Part shown: piece by piece, positions 23,204 through 37,699 of the stretch
How the letters are laid out: each line of letters opens with the position of its first letter
How positions within the stretch are numbered: position 1 is the stretch's first letter
Assembly (NCBI GenBank): GCA_051294375.1
Contig: CM119264.1
Coordinates: 10,701,832-10,765,831 of the forward strand
Direction: 5' to 3'
Length of the DNA: 64,000 nucleotides
Source of the DNA: Paraspadella gotoi
Lineage: Eukaryota; Animalia; Chaetognatha
The notes under the pieces: model-generated
Told to the model about the DNA's origin: nothing
The model's database searches: none
The model's input: only the letters and a program-made list of their open reading frames with translations
Position numbers and translations under genes: made by a program

Positions 23204-24562
23204 GTGAGGGGAATGAGGGTTTAGAGAGTAATTAATTTGCATATCAGTGTCGTCATTTTACCACAAAGTTGAAAACGGTTAAAATTCGAGACCACGATAG
23301 GGAATCATGGTTTGGAAAAAAAGATATCCTTAATCCCTGGTTCATGACATCTCAGTCCTTTCGAAGTTCCCTAAGTTTCCCAAAAGAATTTATTCTTTAT
23401 CGAAAAAAAAAAAAAGTAGGAGAGATTTTCGGCTCCTAAATTTTTTGCTACAAATTCCTTTTGATAAGTGTCCCGGTTCCCAGACACTTTTTAGGGAAGG
23501 CTAAGGGGGGGAGTTGATCTTTTTCGTTTTCCCGTTATAAACTTTTAGCCTTTGAATTTGTTTGGCTAAGGGAAAAAGGCGAGCAACAAGTGAAAGCTGG
23601 AGACGACGACGACTACATTGAGAATTCACTTGGGTCCAAAAAGCCTGAAGTCGATTTTAGTTCGGGAAAAACTGGAGAAGTTCGAATCTAAATCTCAGTG
23701 GGGATATGGGATAGATTTAACTCATGGTGGGGGAGAAGCCTATGGGAGTTTTTATTGAAACAGGTGGTAAAGCATCGTTCGTAGGGCTCAAGTCAAGGTA
23801 GACAAAAAGACAGAGCATAAAAAATTTGCTCTTCGCCGGATTTTCTACGCTGAGCGCTCAGTTCTGCCAAACCTCATTAGGGCGATTTAAGGCAAAAAAG
23901 GGGAAAGGAAGACGTTGTTTGTGAAGAGACCACAGTGAATTCTTTGTTCTTCAGTAATTTTCGAGCCGAGGCTTTGAAAATTCGGACTGAATTTTGAAGG
24001 TTCTAATCTGGATCAAAGAGGTACATCTTCGTCATTTCGTGTGGACACTTTTTTTTCCCTCACTATTGCTCTCTGACGCCCCTTTCTCCCATTTTTTTCT
24101 CCGTTTTTCACTTTTTTGGCTTTTCCGTCAAAATTTCTATTTCTCCCCCTTTTAGGAATTTCAGTTATTTTCAATTTATTGGCGTTAAAAAAAAGCCTAT
24201 TTAACCATATTAGCCCTTTTCGCTTGATCGGTTCCATATGATCTTATGCATTAACTTCTTATATATTACTTGAACCAAGCCGAGAACCGCTTGCTGAAGC
24301 AATCCGATAAATAAATCGCGCGTTTATTTCGAATTTCCCCCCTCTGTTATTTTCGTTCTTGTTTCGGCAAGTGGCATAAATCGCTCACAAAATCCGCTAT
24401 ATTCATAATTTCTTTTTCGACATCCAGAAAAACGCGCTTCTTGTTTTTGATTCTTTTCTTTTTTTTTGGAAAGAATTTGAGATCCGATTTTTTGTCTCTT
24501 GCTGAAGAGAAAGACATTTGACAAGGAGTCTTTTAAAATTTCAACTCGAAAAGACTCAGCTG

Positions 24563-24601
<39 letters not shown>

Positions 24602-25400
24602 CGCAAGAATGTGACATTGTGAAAAGGACGGAAGGCTAGAAAGGAATCGCTAGAGGAATGTGAGGAACTAAACGACCTTCTTTCTCCGAGGGTGGAAGGA
24701 CGAGTGAAGATAAGAGAGGGGGGTGCTGATCAAAAGTGGGACAAGGGCAGCGAAAAGGACGTGAAGGAATGAGGANNNNNNNNNNCTTAAAAGGAAAATG
24801 AGAAGGGTTTGATTTTGAAGCGGGGAAACTTGGAGGGGGGGTGGAATGTGAGATTGAGATCTCGGGAAGTCTGTTTGTGCGCTTCTGTTCAAACTGCGAT
24901 ATCAAATGGAAATAGAAATTGAACTGAGTTGAATTTTTTTCTTTTAAATTCAAAGCGGATCTGACCGTTTTCACTTCATCACACCATCGTGAACCAAAAC
25001 GACCGATAAAGAGTTATCATAACATAATCACAACCCTCAACACATCGAAGTCACATCCGGGGAGTAAAGAATGATTAAAATCCAGGGGATGGCGAATGAT
25101 GACAAGCGACGAATCACGGATTCCCTTGAGTCAACGATTTTCGGAAAATATTTTATCGAGAAAAGTTGGAATTTGCAAGAATCTCATTCATCTGTTGGTT
25201 GTAGTGGAGGGGGAAGGGTTTTGGTGTCGGGATTCTCCGCATAAAAGAATTTCAATCGTCTGGATTCTCCGGAGGGAAAATGAATGATTGAATGAATGAA
25301 GACGAAGCTGAGTTGACAAAATCGACGTCGGGCCTTCGTGCGTGGGAGTGGAAAAGGGGATAGGGAAGAATGGGTAGAAGGGAGAGAGAGAGGAGAGAGA

Positions 25401-25436
<36 letters not shown>

Positions 25437-26069
25437 AGAGAGAAGAGAGAGAGAGAGTGAAGAGACGCGTGGCCCCCCTGTGAAGTTCCTTGTAGGTTTC
25501 GGCGAATTCCAATGTATTCATCGTCGCTTGAAAGAAGAATTAGTAATCCGTTTTTTTTTTCTCCGCGCATTCCGCGAGTGTTATTTTGGTTGTTTTTTTT
25601 TTTTCAAAATGTTTTGATGACTTTCCTTTTTTATTAAACCTTTCGCTCCGTTTATTCGCATTGGCGCGTGGTTCGAGTCGAAGCAAGCTACCTGCAAAAA
25701 CTTTCATGACAAGAGGAATTCATATAAGAATAAAAAAGTCGGATGGATATACAAACAGAATCGGATGCAATTCTTCTTTTTTTTTCTGACGAAAATCAAT
25801 ATCTGGGAAGCATGCATCAAAAGAGAACGTTCACTATGAACGAAATCTTTCTCCGACAACACATTACGATACAAAATAAATCGGTGGATAAAACTTGGAT
25901 TAATGTTTGGATAAATCTCTGGGTAAATCTTTGCGATAAATCTGGATTTGGAAGGCAACTGAGGAATCTCGTACTCAGCCGCCGGAGGCGCAACTTCTCG
26001 TTCTTAGAGTGTTTCTCATTTCGCTCAAGTGCATCGATTGGAGTCCCAGAGAGACTTTTTCGTTGCCCG

Positions 26070-26124
<55 letters not shown>

Positions 26125-27535
26125 GATCTTGGCTATCTTGCGACGGCGTCTCTCTCTCTCTCTCTCTCCGTCACTCGAACCTCGATGTCCTCCAACTCGC
26201 CTCTCAAGTAGAATCCTCGAGCGTCACAGCGGGGTTTTTGTGGTTTTTTGTCTCTTCTTTTTTTTTTTTTTCGAAGCGGTAACATCCGCATTTTTTGTTA
26301 AGAGCGAAACTGAAAATAAAGGATTTTAATCGTAGTGGGCGACTTTGGGAAGTCAGCGAATTGAATTCTCCCGTCCGTCCTCGCTCGAACCTCTAGTTTT
26401 AAAAAAAAAATGTGACTATTGAAAAAAATTTTGAAGTAATTTTTTTTAAAACACTTACGCATACAAAAAGAACAAACAAATGCGCGCAAAAAATTGTATT
26501 GAAATTTGTGCGTCAAATTAAACTCTTTTTATGGATGGCTCTTATAAACACTTAAGGACAGTTGAGCTCTGCTTTACTTTTTTGGGAAAATGGACTCAAA
26601 AAGAAGAAAAAAAAACTACTTTAAAGCGCTTTGCCTTCACTTTAACCAGTTTTTTTCGGAAATTAACATATATTTAAAAATGTTTTAAAAGAAAAAAAAG
26701 ATAATGCGGGCCGACTGCAGAAACTCTCCGGAGCCACTCGGTTCCACTTATCCTTTACGCATGGCACTGTTCTTCGAGCATGCTTCAATAAAACAATATC
26801 GAGAAAGAAAAAAAAATTAAATGAAGAATGGAAAAGGATTAATCTTTTTTTAAAATAACGAGTGACGATGGAGTTCACTTCCGATCCGGCCTTCCATTCC
26901 TTTCCCCTTTTTTTCTCTCTTTTTCTTTTCTTCCTTCAGCCTGCTCATTTCCTAAGATCGTAACGATCAATGAGTTTCAAATCACGTGGCTTCAACAGCC
27001 GCTGGTCAATAACACCGGGAAAACATCAGGCCTCGGATGATATTTTTTTGTAGTTTAAAAATATATTTTATTGAGAATAAATATTAATTATGAACGAATA
27101 TCATAATCTTAGCTTTAATTAAAAGTTACTGCTTACATTCTTTTATGTATTAAAGTTATAATAAATATCTAATAGTAATTGTAATATTCTTATGATTTAA
27201 TAACCTTAGAAAAAGGTTTTTAATTATTTTTTCTGAAAGGTATTATTAACGAGTTGATAATTTTGTCGCTATTTTAACAGTCTTCATCAGAGCTTCTTAA
27301 ACGCGAGAAAAAAAGGATTTAACACAATGATTTAATAACCTAATTTTATTATATTCTACAAGATTCCACAAAATGGTTCTTTTCTCCGACACGTCTTCAC
27401 CGTGTCCGAAAGGAAAGAACCCGCGAATCGTGGACCCGCGACCCGGACGAGATACGGACAAACGACAAAAGGATTAACCGAACAACCATCTTGATTCTCG
27501 ATTCCCTTTGACTTCTTTCTCTCTCTTCTCTCTCT

Positions 27536-27582
<47 letters not shown>

Positions 27583-27860
27583 TTCTTCTCACACCTTTTG
27601 CACCCGCAGAACTGGGTGTGTTTTTATCGGGGCAAACGATATCACTTGCATAAAAGAGCGAATAAAAAAAAAACAAACAAAAATTTCAACAGAATTTTGA
27701 TTCGTTTAATCAAACCTTCGAAATTGTAAAATTACAATTGCAAAGAAAATTCTAATTTTCGGATTTGAAAAAAACTTTTAAAAAAAGAAAAAAAAATTCA
27801 ACCAAAAACAAACAAAACAAAACAAAAAACAAAACGTTTCCATCATTTTTTTTTACAAAG

Positions 27861-30800
27861 CACCAGTTGTGACGACAGTCGTCGTCTTTGCGACGAACTC
27901 CAGACACGTCGAGGCTTCGTCTTCGAAGACGAAACTTCGCCGCCCGTCCGATCGTCGTCGTCGTCTTTCGAGGCGGCGCGGGATTTTCGACGCCTTCGCC
28001 ACGGCTTCGCCACCGGTCTCCGGTAAACGCCTCGCTTATTTTTTTAATAGAAAATCCCTCATTATTTTTTTGTTTTGGCGCTTTTTCAAAATTTTTTCCA
28101 CAGTTTAAACGTGAAAATAACTATACGAATCACGAGCGCGATGTGAAATCGATTAACGAATTGTGGCAACTTAGACGATTCCTTCGGAAGCCGATATTTA
28201 ATTTTTCCAATTTTAGTCGAAACGTTTAGGAGATGATTAAGTAACGAGAATTAAATTAGTTTAATATTTATATTTTAGTTTTTAAATTAAAATGACTCGA
28301 AGAATGTAACTTTGATTAAATATATAAAAAAAACAAATCTTATAAATTTCTCATAACCTCTGCCTTCCTGAAGCGACTTTTTTGAAAGGACCTCTTTCCT
28401 TCCCGCATTTTTTTAAAATTATTTTTGCGAAAAAAAAAGAGAATTTAATCGAGAGCATTATTTTGGCTTAGCTTTATTTCATTTTATTTGTTTTGGTCTT
28501 CAGAACATAGTTGTTTTTGGACTCGACTTCTTTTCGCTGCGAATTATTGGCCCCCTTTTTTTCTGAGAAAGAAATTTTTTTCAGTGTCTAAATTTCGTAA
28601 GTTATGTTCTAACCTCCGTTTCATCTTAGTTTGTTTTAAAAAAAAAACTTCTTCTTTGCTTCGCACCCGCTCTAAAATAGAATATATTTCCAGAGGGAAA
28701 CGTCAAAAAAGTTTTGCCACTTTTACTTTTTCTCCCCTAAGGGTTATAAAAAAATCCTCACAACTGTGATTAGATATTACTTTTTTCTTGTGGTGCCTTT
28801 AACAACTTATATTTTTCTCCCTCTTTCCTTATCTCCCTCTCTGCTACATTTCATCTTTATTCTTTTTGGCCTTTTTTAAAATTTTTTTTTTCGTTTTCAC
28901 TTCATTATTATGCTGCGTCGTCAACCTCCTCTTCATATCGGAATGATAATTTCAATCTGTTTTTCTTATTTTATTTTCCAGAAACTACTTTAAACGACTA
29001 CCTTCTACCATTTTTGTCGTTTTCGTTTTTTATTAATAAATCATACTGTACGATCGATCTGATTCTGCTCTCTCGTGCTCTCTCTATCTCTCATTCTCTC
29101 TCTTCTCTCTCTCTCCTCTTCTCTCTCATCTCTTTCCCTGCCTCCTCGTTCTCTCCTCGAGCGCCGTGGAATCTGTTTGATATCTATTTATTCATTATCC
29201 CTCCGTTCCGTCTCCTCTGGCCTCCCAAAAACATCCCAGATCGGTTAAACCCTGTCGTCGTTCGTCGTCGTCATTCGCCTCGTCGTCCATCGTCGTTGAA
29301 ATCTGCCTCTCGTAACCTGACACTGAGACCACTTACCGATCGTTTTTAACTTTACCTCAACTCGAGTTAAGCGACGATCGAACGGAAACCAAGCGAACTC
29401 GCCCTCTCGAAACTGATTTTCTCAACTCACCTTCTAAGTTGGCTTCCACTCAAACATTCCTCGCACATTTTTTTGTCCTAACATTTTGCCTTACTTTAAT
29501 TCTGTTAGAAAATTCGTTAAATCACGTTTGACTAAAAAAATTCACTCGCTCTATTTTTTTCCCGCGCAGGACGTCACCGTCGAAGCGAGCCCGACGCCTC
29601 GCTCCGTCTCTACGATCTGACGGGCATCGGCGCCCGACGGAACTCTAGGCAAAGGTGGCGTGTCCGTGGACAAGAGCGTGGGTTTGTCGCTGACTGCGAA
29701 ATTCTAAAGGAGAGCTCGTTCAAAGCCAAAGGTGGAAGATATATAATGACTAATAGTAATTTAGTTCGCACGTTAATCGACTAAATGTCAGTGCTTTAAA
29801 TTTTATAAAAATAATTTGAAACTAATCCGACTAATTAATATAAATATTTATTTTTTTATTTATTTTTTATATTTATATTTATTTAATATTAATATTAATA
29901 TAATTAACTAATTTGCTCTGTATGTCCGGGCTCACACAGATAGAAATGCGAGGGAAGAACCACGTCCAATGGCATGTTGATTAAATTTAAATCTCTGTTG
30001 TTTTTTTTTTTATTGATAAAGATTTTCTTTTTTTTTTTTCTTTTTCAAGATCGATCCTCTAGACTTCTCCGCTTCATCCTCCGCCACCTCTCCACGCCAC
30101 CTCGTCCACGTAGCGCGCCACTCCCAGCCGCCGCGCGCTCTCTCGGCCACGGGCGCACGAGATTTCGCTCGCGAGTCCTCGTTGATCAACGCTTCGCCCG
30201 ACGCGCGCGAGACTCCGCCCGACAAAACGCGTGGAGCGGGAACGCGACACGAGCGACCACGCCCAGAAACCCGGCGCAAGCGATCCCCGTTCTCCGTTTG
30301 AAGGACGTTTCGGACAGGTCTCCGAAGTCGGGATCGTACACGCGCTTTTCGGCGGCAGGGGCCGGTAGTGAAGAGCAGGAGACGCGAAAAAATTAATGAT
30401 TTCCTAAAATTTTTCTATAACAGAACGCAAATTGAATAATAGCTTTTTTTAGAAATCAAAATAAATAAATAATCGTAGACTAGCACAATAGACGTATTAC
30501 TAGGTAACCTACTAGTCGCCCAGTTTTTTACAAAAATCTGCAAAAAAAAAATCTCATTAGAACGGCGTTCCGAATATTCTCTCATTCTTTTTTTGTGATT
30601 CCCCGCGCTCAACTCCTAAATCAGAACAATTAAGAAGATAAGTCCGCTCTATTCAAAACTCATCTCCGTTTATCGTTCATTGATCCCAAAACGAATCGCT
30701 TTCCATTCGCACGTCTGTCCCGCGTGAACGGTCACGAGGAGAACACGTGACAGCGCGTGACGCGAGAAAAAGAAGAGAGCGACTTGAAACTCGAGATTCT

Positions 30801-31943
30801 CGCTAGTCATCGGTTTTTCTCTCGGTCCGTAGTTTATCGACCGGAGCAAAAAAAAAAGCAAAAAAATATGATTCGCTTTTGATGAATAATTAAAAAAAAA
30901 TCAAAACGACCAAAAAAGTCTGATAAGATGAAGGGTATAAAAAATTGCGCAAATTTACAAGGAATTTGAACAATATATTAGTCTGTTTTTTTTTTCAGAC
31001 GCGATTCTTTCAACGCCGATTCGTCTTCCGTCGACGCGTCGCCTCGCGAATCGCCGGCATCTTCTTTCGCTCACGACCTACGTCGCATCTGACGTCCGTC
31101 TCGTCGTCCACGACGCGTCCGACGTTGCACCTGTCGTCATCGCTTCCGATCGCGTCCTTCTTCGGGGTATGAAGCGTTCGGCGTCGAGGATTTCGACGGC
31201 GCCATCGACGACGTCGCGAGAGACGGTGACACGTGGTCGCCAAGTCAGAGAATTTTGAGTTGATAGTGGAGGTAAGTTTATTACGGCTACATTTACTTTC
31301 ACCGATCGCTGTTTAGTTTTTTAAAAAAACTTTAAAAATATTTATTATTTTAAAAAAATTTAAAAAAAAAACTAAATTACTCTAAAACCCAAAATTTCTT
31401 TTAAACCGCCTATATTACCCTTTAACCCTAAACTACCCTTAAAACAACTTTAAACCACTCTTAACCCTAACCCCTCCCTAACCCCGGTCGGCGAAAGTAA
31501 AAGTAGAACCCGTTATTACTTTTATAACGAGTATTCGTTCATTCTTTTATTACCTGTTAAAAACTTATTTTTCCATCATACCGATATCCATTTTTTAAAG
31601 ATTTTCATAATCATTATGTGATTACCAGCTCCGAATTCGACGCGCCGATGTCTTATCTCGGTCATCGATCGCCCATTTACGATCCTCGCGTTCCCGTCTC
31701 GTCCTCGCGGCGCCGATTCTTTCCGTCGCCGCTTCGTCCGGCGCCCCGCGAGATGGAACCGACGCCCATCGAGACGGAACCGGCGGCGCCATGGGTCTCG
31801 GATCGAGCGCCGCATTTGGGATCCGTCTCGAACATCTCCACCATCTCCAACCTTTCTCGGAGCAAATCCTGGGGCGCGGCCTTGTCAAAAGCGACCGGCA
31901 ACCGCGCCTCGGTTGCGTCCGGAAACGGAGCCATACTTGGAGA
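27861..31943 (+). pseudogene. Second, indel-riddled copy of the five RIPOR 5' exons (probably an erroneous duplicate)
   Basis: Exons at ~27861-28021, 29569-29732, 30050-30363, 30999-31271 and 31629-31943 match copy 1 but carry multiple frameshifting 1-bp indels. Confidence 0.7.
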
Positions 31944-34900
31944 GGTGAGGGGGAATGAGGGTTTAGAGAGTAATTAATTTGCATATCAGTGTCGTCATTT
32001 TACCACAAAGTTGAAAAACGGTTAAAATTCGAGACCACGATAGGGAAATCATGGTTTTGAAAAAAAGAATATCCTTAATCCTGGTTCATGACATCTCAGT
32101 CCTTTTCGAAGTTCCCTAAGTTCCCAAAAGAATTTATTCTTTATCGAAAAAAAAAAAAAAGTAGGAGAGATTTTTCGGCTCCTAAATTTTTTGCTACAAA
32201 TTCCTTTGATAAGTGTCCCGGTTCCCAGACACTTTTTAGGGAAGGCTAAGGGGGGGAGTTGATCTTTTTCGTTTTCCCGTTCATAAACTTTTAGCCTTTG
32301 AATTTGTTTGCTAAGGGAAAAAGGCGAGCAACAAGTGAAAGCTTGAGACGACGACGACTACGTTTGAGAATTCACTTGGGTCCAAAAAGGCCTGAAGTCG
32401 ATTTCAGTTCGGGAAAAACCTGGAGAAGTTCGAATCTAAATCTTCAGTGGGGATATGGGATAGATTTTAACTCATGGTGGGGAAGGAAAGCCTATGGGAG
32501 TTTTTATTGAAACAGGTGGTAAAGCATCGTTCGTAGGGCTCAAGTCAAGGTAGACAAAAGACAGAGAACATAAAAATTTGCTCTTCGCCGGATTTTCTAC
32601 GCTGAGCCTCAGTTCTGCCAAACCTCATTAGGCGATTTAAGGCAAAAAAGGGGAAAGGAAGACGTTGTGTTGTGAAGAGACCACAGTGAATTCTTTGTTC
32701 TTCAGTAATTTCGAGCCGAGGCTTTGAAAATTCGGACTGAATTTTGAAGGTTCTAATCTGATCAAAGAGGTACATCTTCGTCATTTACGTGGACACTTTT
32801 TTTCTCCCTCACTATTGCTCTCTGACGCCCCTTTCTCCCATTTTTTTCTCCGTTTTTCACTTTTTGTCTTTTCCGTCAAAATTTCTATTTCTCCCCCCTT
32901 TTAGGAATTTTCAGTTATTTTCAATTTATTGGCGTTAAAAAAAAGCCTATTTAACCATATTAGCCCTTTTCGCTTGATCGGTTCCATATGATCTTATGCA
33001 TTAACTTCTTATATATTACTTGAAACCAAGCCGAGAACCGCTTGCTGAAGCAAATCCGATAAATAATCGCGCGTTTATTTCGAATTTCCCCCCCTCTGTT
33101 ATTTCGTTCTTGTTTCGGCAAGTGGCATAAATCGCTCACAAAATCCGCTTATTTCATAATTTCTTTTTCGACATCCAGAAAAACGCGCTTCTTGTTTTTG
33201 ATTCTTTTTCTTTTTTTTTTTGGAAAGAATTTGAGATCGATTTTTTGTCTTTGCTGAAGAGAAAGACATTTGACAAGGAAAGTCTTTTAAAATTTCAACT
33301 CGAAAAGACTCAGCTGGAGATAGAGAGAGAGAGAGGAGAGAGAGAGAGACAGGGCGCAAGAATTGACATTGTGAAAGGACGGAAGGCTAGAAAGGAATCG
33401 CTAGAGGAATGTGAGGAACCTAAACGACCTTCTTTCTCCGAGGGTGGAAGACGAGTGAAAGATAAGAGAGGGGGGTGCTGATCAAAAGTGGACAAGGGCA
33501 GCGAAAAGGACGTGAAGGAATGAGAGTTGTGAATCCTCAAAGGAAAATGAGAAGGGTTTGATTTTGAAGCGGGGAAACTTGGAGGGGGGGTGGAATGTGA
33601 GATTGAGATCTCGGGGAGTCTGTTTGTGCGCTTCTGTTCAAACTGCGATATGAAATGGAAATAGAAATTGAACTGAGTTGATTTTTTTTTTTTTTAAATT
33701 CAAAGCGGATCTGACCTTTTTCACTTCATCACACCATCGTGAACCAAAACGACCGATAAAGAGTTATCATAACATAATCACAACCCTCAACACATCGAAT
33801 CACATCCGGGAGTAAGAATGATTAAAATCCAGGGGATGGCGAATGATGACAAGCGACGAATCACGGATTCCCTTGAGTCAACGATTTTCGGAAAATATTT
33901 TATCGAGAAAAGTTGGAATTTGCAAGAATCTCATCATCTGTTGGTTGTAGTGGAGGGGAAGGGTTTTGGTGTCGGGATTCTCCGCATAAAAGAATTTCAA
34001 TCGTCTGGATCTCCGGAGGGAAAATGAATGATTGAATGAATGAAGACGAAGCTGAGTTGACAAAATCGACGTCGGGCCTTCGTGCAGTGGGAGTGGAAAA
34101 GGGGATAGGGAAGAATGGGTAGAAGGGGCGGGTAGGGTTCGTAGTGGTCGAGGGTGGGGGGGGAATGGACCGCAGAATCGATTCCTCTGGCTCCGATCCA
34201 ATCGGTGACGATCCGAGAGATGGCGCAGGGATCGTGCCTGCAATTTTTTTTTGTAGATTGGGGGGGAGAGAGAGTGGATGTCATCCTTCAAGATTTTTTT
34301 CCCCTTCCGACTAAAAAAAAACTTTGTCTTCGGTTGTTTTCTTTTCAAGTGAAATTTTCTGAATCGATTCCTCTGATCCANNNNNNNNNNNNNNNNNNNN
34401 NNNNNCTGATGCCAAAAAGTTGAACGGTTAAAGTTTATAAGTATCAGATTACGTCAAAGCTTAAGCGTTTCTTAATTTGTAGATGATACCCATGTATGTA
34501 AATGTGCCTAGTTCTTTTTTTCAATTATGTGAATTACTGCGCGTTGGAGACTTAAAAAAGATTATTTTTTTATCGTTAAATTGGAAAACGACTCCCAAAC
34601 ACGCCTTTGGTCAATCGACGGTGTGACGATCAGAGGGAAATTAGATTCCTCAACTTCGTTTAAGTTCGGCTTCCCTTTTTATCAGTATATAATGTAGTGC
34701 GCAAATACAATCACCAGCTGTGTAACTTCTGTTCCCTAAAATCGAACGCGTTCCTTCGTCGCGGATTCGCTTTGTATTTTCGATGTTTTGGGATTATTTT
34801 ATTTCTGTTTACGTTGCGTCGCCTTTGACGTCACTTTCTTTGCGATTCTTTCCTCTGTTTTTTTCCCGTTGTTCTTCCCGATTTTTGTGTTCACCTTCTT

Positions 34901-34946
34901 TTCTTCGCCGAAAATCGCAAGAAGGTGAGACTCGCGTTGTTTCGGA

Positions 34947-34980
<34 letters not shown>

Positions 34981-35994
34981 CTGTGTGATTCCCTTTCTCT
35001 TCGAATTTTTTTTTCTTTTTCTGGTTTCGAATCACGAGTATTTTTGGGTTTTCGGTGATTTTATTTTGACTGAGAAAACGTGATAGCGAAAAATAGTCGC
35101 TGTCATCGATTGGAAAACAAAGATAGACGACGACCGGAAATATGTCGCAATTTCAGTGACTCAATTCACAGACCGCCATTCGACGAGGTCACTTGCATTA
35201 TGCTCGCCTCACTATTTTTCATTTCAACGCGCCCCTCTACTTTTAAACTCCTCCTCCTCTTACCTTGGTATAAAAAATGAACAAAAACAAAATTAAATGG
35301 CAAAACAACGGCTTCGAAATCGTTTGATCCGCCCCCCCCCAAAAAAATTATATTTCTTCCTCTCTTTTCGAGAATTGATTTTCCGCCAACCGAACGGGCA
35401 AAGATGAATTGAAGATAAACAAGAAATCGGTATCATCTCTCTTCCCCTCCGCCCCGCAGCCCGGCCGCCCCCGTTTCCACAAACCGTCATCGTTGCGATA
35501 CATCACGCCCCCTCATCGACTTCCCCCAGCCAAGAGGAAAAAAAAAATATTGGATGCTTTTTCTTTTGCTGATGATGCAGTGGTTTTTTTTCTCGATAAA
35601 ATATTATACTTTTTTCTTACTTAATAAAATTTTTTACAGAAAAAAAAATCAATTTTTTTTTAAAATCCGTAACCTTATTCTATCTAAAACTATAGTTCAT
35701 TATTTGACTTGTAAAAATGTATGATATAAAATTTAAAACCTTAGATATTAAGCAGCTTATAAAAAAATGTTATTCATTTAAACTTTTCCGCGCATCTTGG
35801 AAAAAAGCAGACTATTTAATATCCTGATAAGCAGAGAACGCTCCTTTATCTTTGTTGGTTCTCTTTCACTCTCTGGCAAAAATTTGGCTCCGGGACCAAT
35901 TTGACGATTTGGTTATGTCTTTGCCTTCCGGGTGTCGTCATCATCATCATCCACTTTGGTCCCAGTCTAAGGATCTTCGGCAAACCCGAAGCTG

Positions 35995-36055
<61 letters not shown>

Positions 36056-37699
36056 CTTTGCATCTTTGGCTGATTACGATTTGGCGAAGGGCAAGAAATG
36101 AACATTCTCTCATTCTCTCTCTCTCTGTTTCTGTCGTTTTATCATAAAGTCACAAAACAAAAAAAAAAGAATTTGTCGTTGGGAATGAGAATCGTTCTGT
36201 TCTCCCTGTGTTCTTCAATCTTCCACTACGGAAAATTATTCAGTTAATCGAATTTTCATTCGAAATAGTTCGGATTTTTTTTCTCTCCCAAAATCTGTGA
36301 GTTCGACTTTTCATTCCTGTGATGTTCGTTTGTTTTTATCACATTCCTCTCTCTCTCGGTGATTTAATCTTTCCCCATCCGCAACCCGCATCTTTGCTCC
36401 GCCCAGTAGTTTTCTCCTTAATCCTCATTAATATTTTAATTTACGAGATTTTCCTTTGGTTTTGACTTTGGTCGAAATGTTTTTCCCTCGACCGATCGCC
36501 TTCGTTTTTCCGAGTCAAAATTCTCGTCGTCGTCGTCATCTTTGTTCCTCTTGTCTTCGACGTCATCGTCCAAGTCAAGGACCTTATCGTTCGTCTTCGC
36601 GATCGTCAGTGGACTTCCTCCTCATCTTCGTCGTTATGTTGGTTCTTTTTTTTTTCGTTGTTATACAAGTCGGTCGCAGTCTGTTCAATTCAAATGTATT
36701 CTTTATCCTTTATATATTATATTTAATATAATCTCATTTGCTTTCCATCCTCATTACATTACATCTCTATTTCTTTTGAGGTTTCAGTTATGAACAGAAA
36801 GAAAAAAATAATTTCGCCAAAGGAATGCGTCTGATTTAAAATATTTTTCTTTCCTCTTCAAAACAGAACCAGACATTCTTGGTAAGAAAATCCGCGAAAA
36901 GAAAAAATATATTTGACTTTTTATTCGTTTTTATGCACTAGTACTTTGAAAAAAAAGTTTCACTTAAAAGTTCTAACAAAGCGTGAGAGAGCACGAAAAA
37001 TATTTCTGTGAGGTCATTTTTTCCCGGGGTCACACCTAAATTATAATTAAATATAGTTTTTATAAGTTGTGATTCATGGTCGGAGAAATTAGGATTTTCA
37101 ACCGTTCATTAGATTAGACGATATTTCTATATATATACTATACTATATATATATATACATATAGTAAAAATATTATATCCTGTTGAAAATTTTGTGTACA
37201 AATTATGTAAAGTATGTCATACTTTCATTGTTTGTTTATTTGATTCGTTTTACTATGCGCCTGAAATGCTTAGCCTCTCCTCGATCTGGACGCGTTTTCA
37301 GGAAACTGTGACTAAGAAAAAAATAACCTGTAAACTCGTGGGGGGGCGTATCCTCTACTGGGCACTAAAGAAATACGCGATCCTTGACCGACGACCGGAC
37401 GAAATAAAAATGAGCCTCATCCGATCGTCGCCCGGCTCTTAAAAGCCCCAAAAAACGAATCTGGGTCCGAAAAAAAAACCAGAAAATATCTTCGGCCGTA
37501 GATGAAAAGAAAGCGTGAAACATTCACAGTTCCTCCGGTTTTGTGACTGTGACTCTCCGAGACTTAAGATAAAGATTCTCTTTTTTTTCTCTCTCTCTCT
37601 CTAATTTCGCCCAAAGATTTTTTTCGTTTCTCATCTCCTTTTTAGTCGAATTCTCTCTTTCTCTCTGTCCCAACTCAGCAGAACCTTTCTTTTTTTTTC

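Larger units (their letters stand above)
14600..34125. repeat. Direct tandem segmental duplication: partial ~2.1-kb copy (14600-16750) plus two ~8.6-8.7-kb copies (16751-25380, 25381-34125); probably an assembly artefact
   Basis: The anchor gaagagacgcgtgg occurs at ~14717, ~16866 and ~25459. All features are colinear between the copies. Junctions fall in (AG)n tracts, and the differences are dominated by 1-bp indels. Confidence 0.93.
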
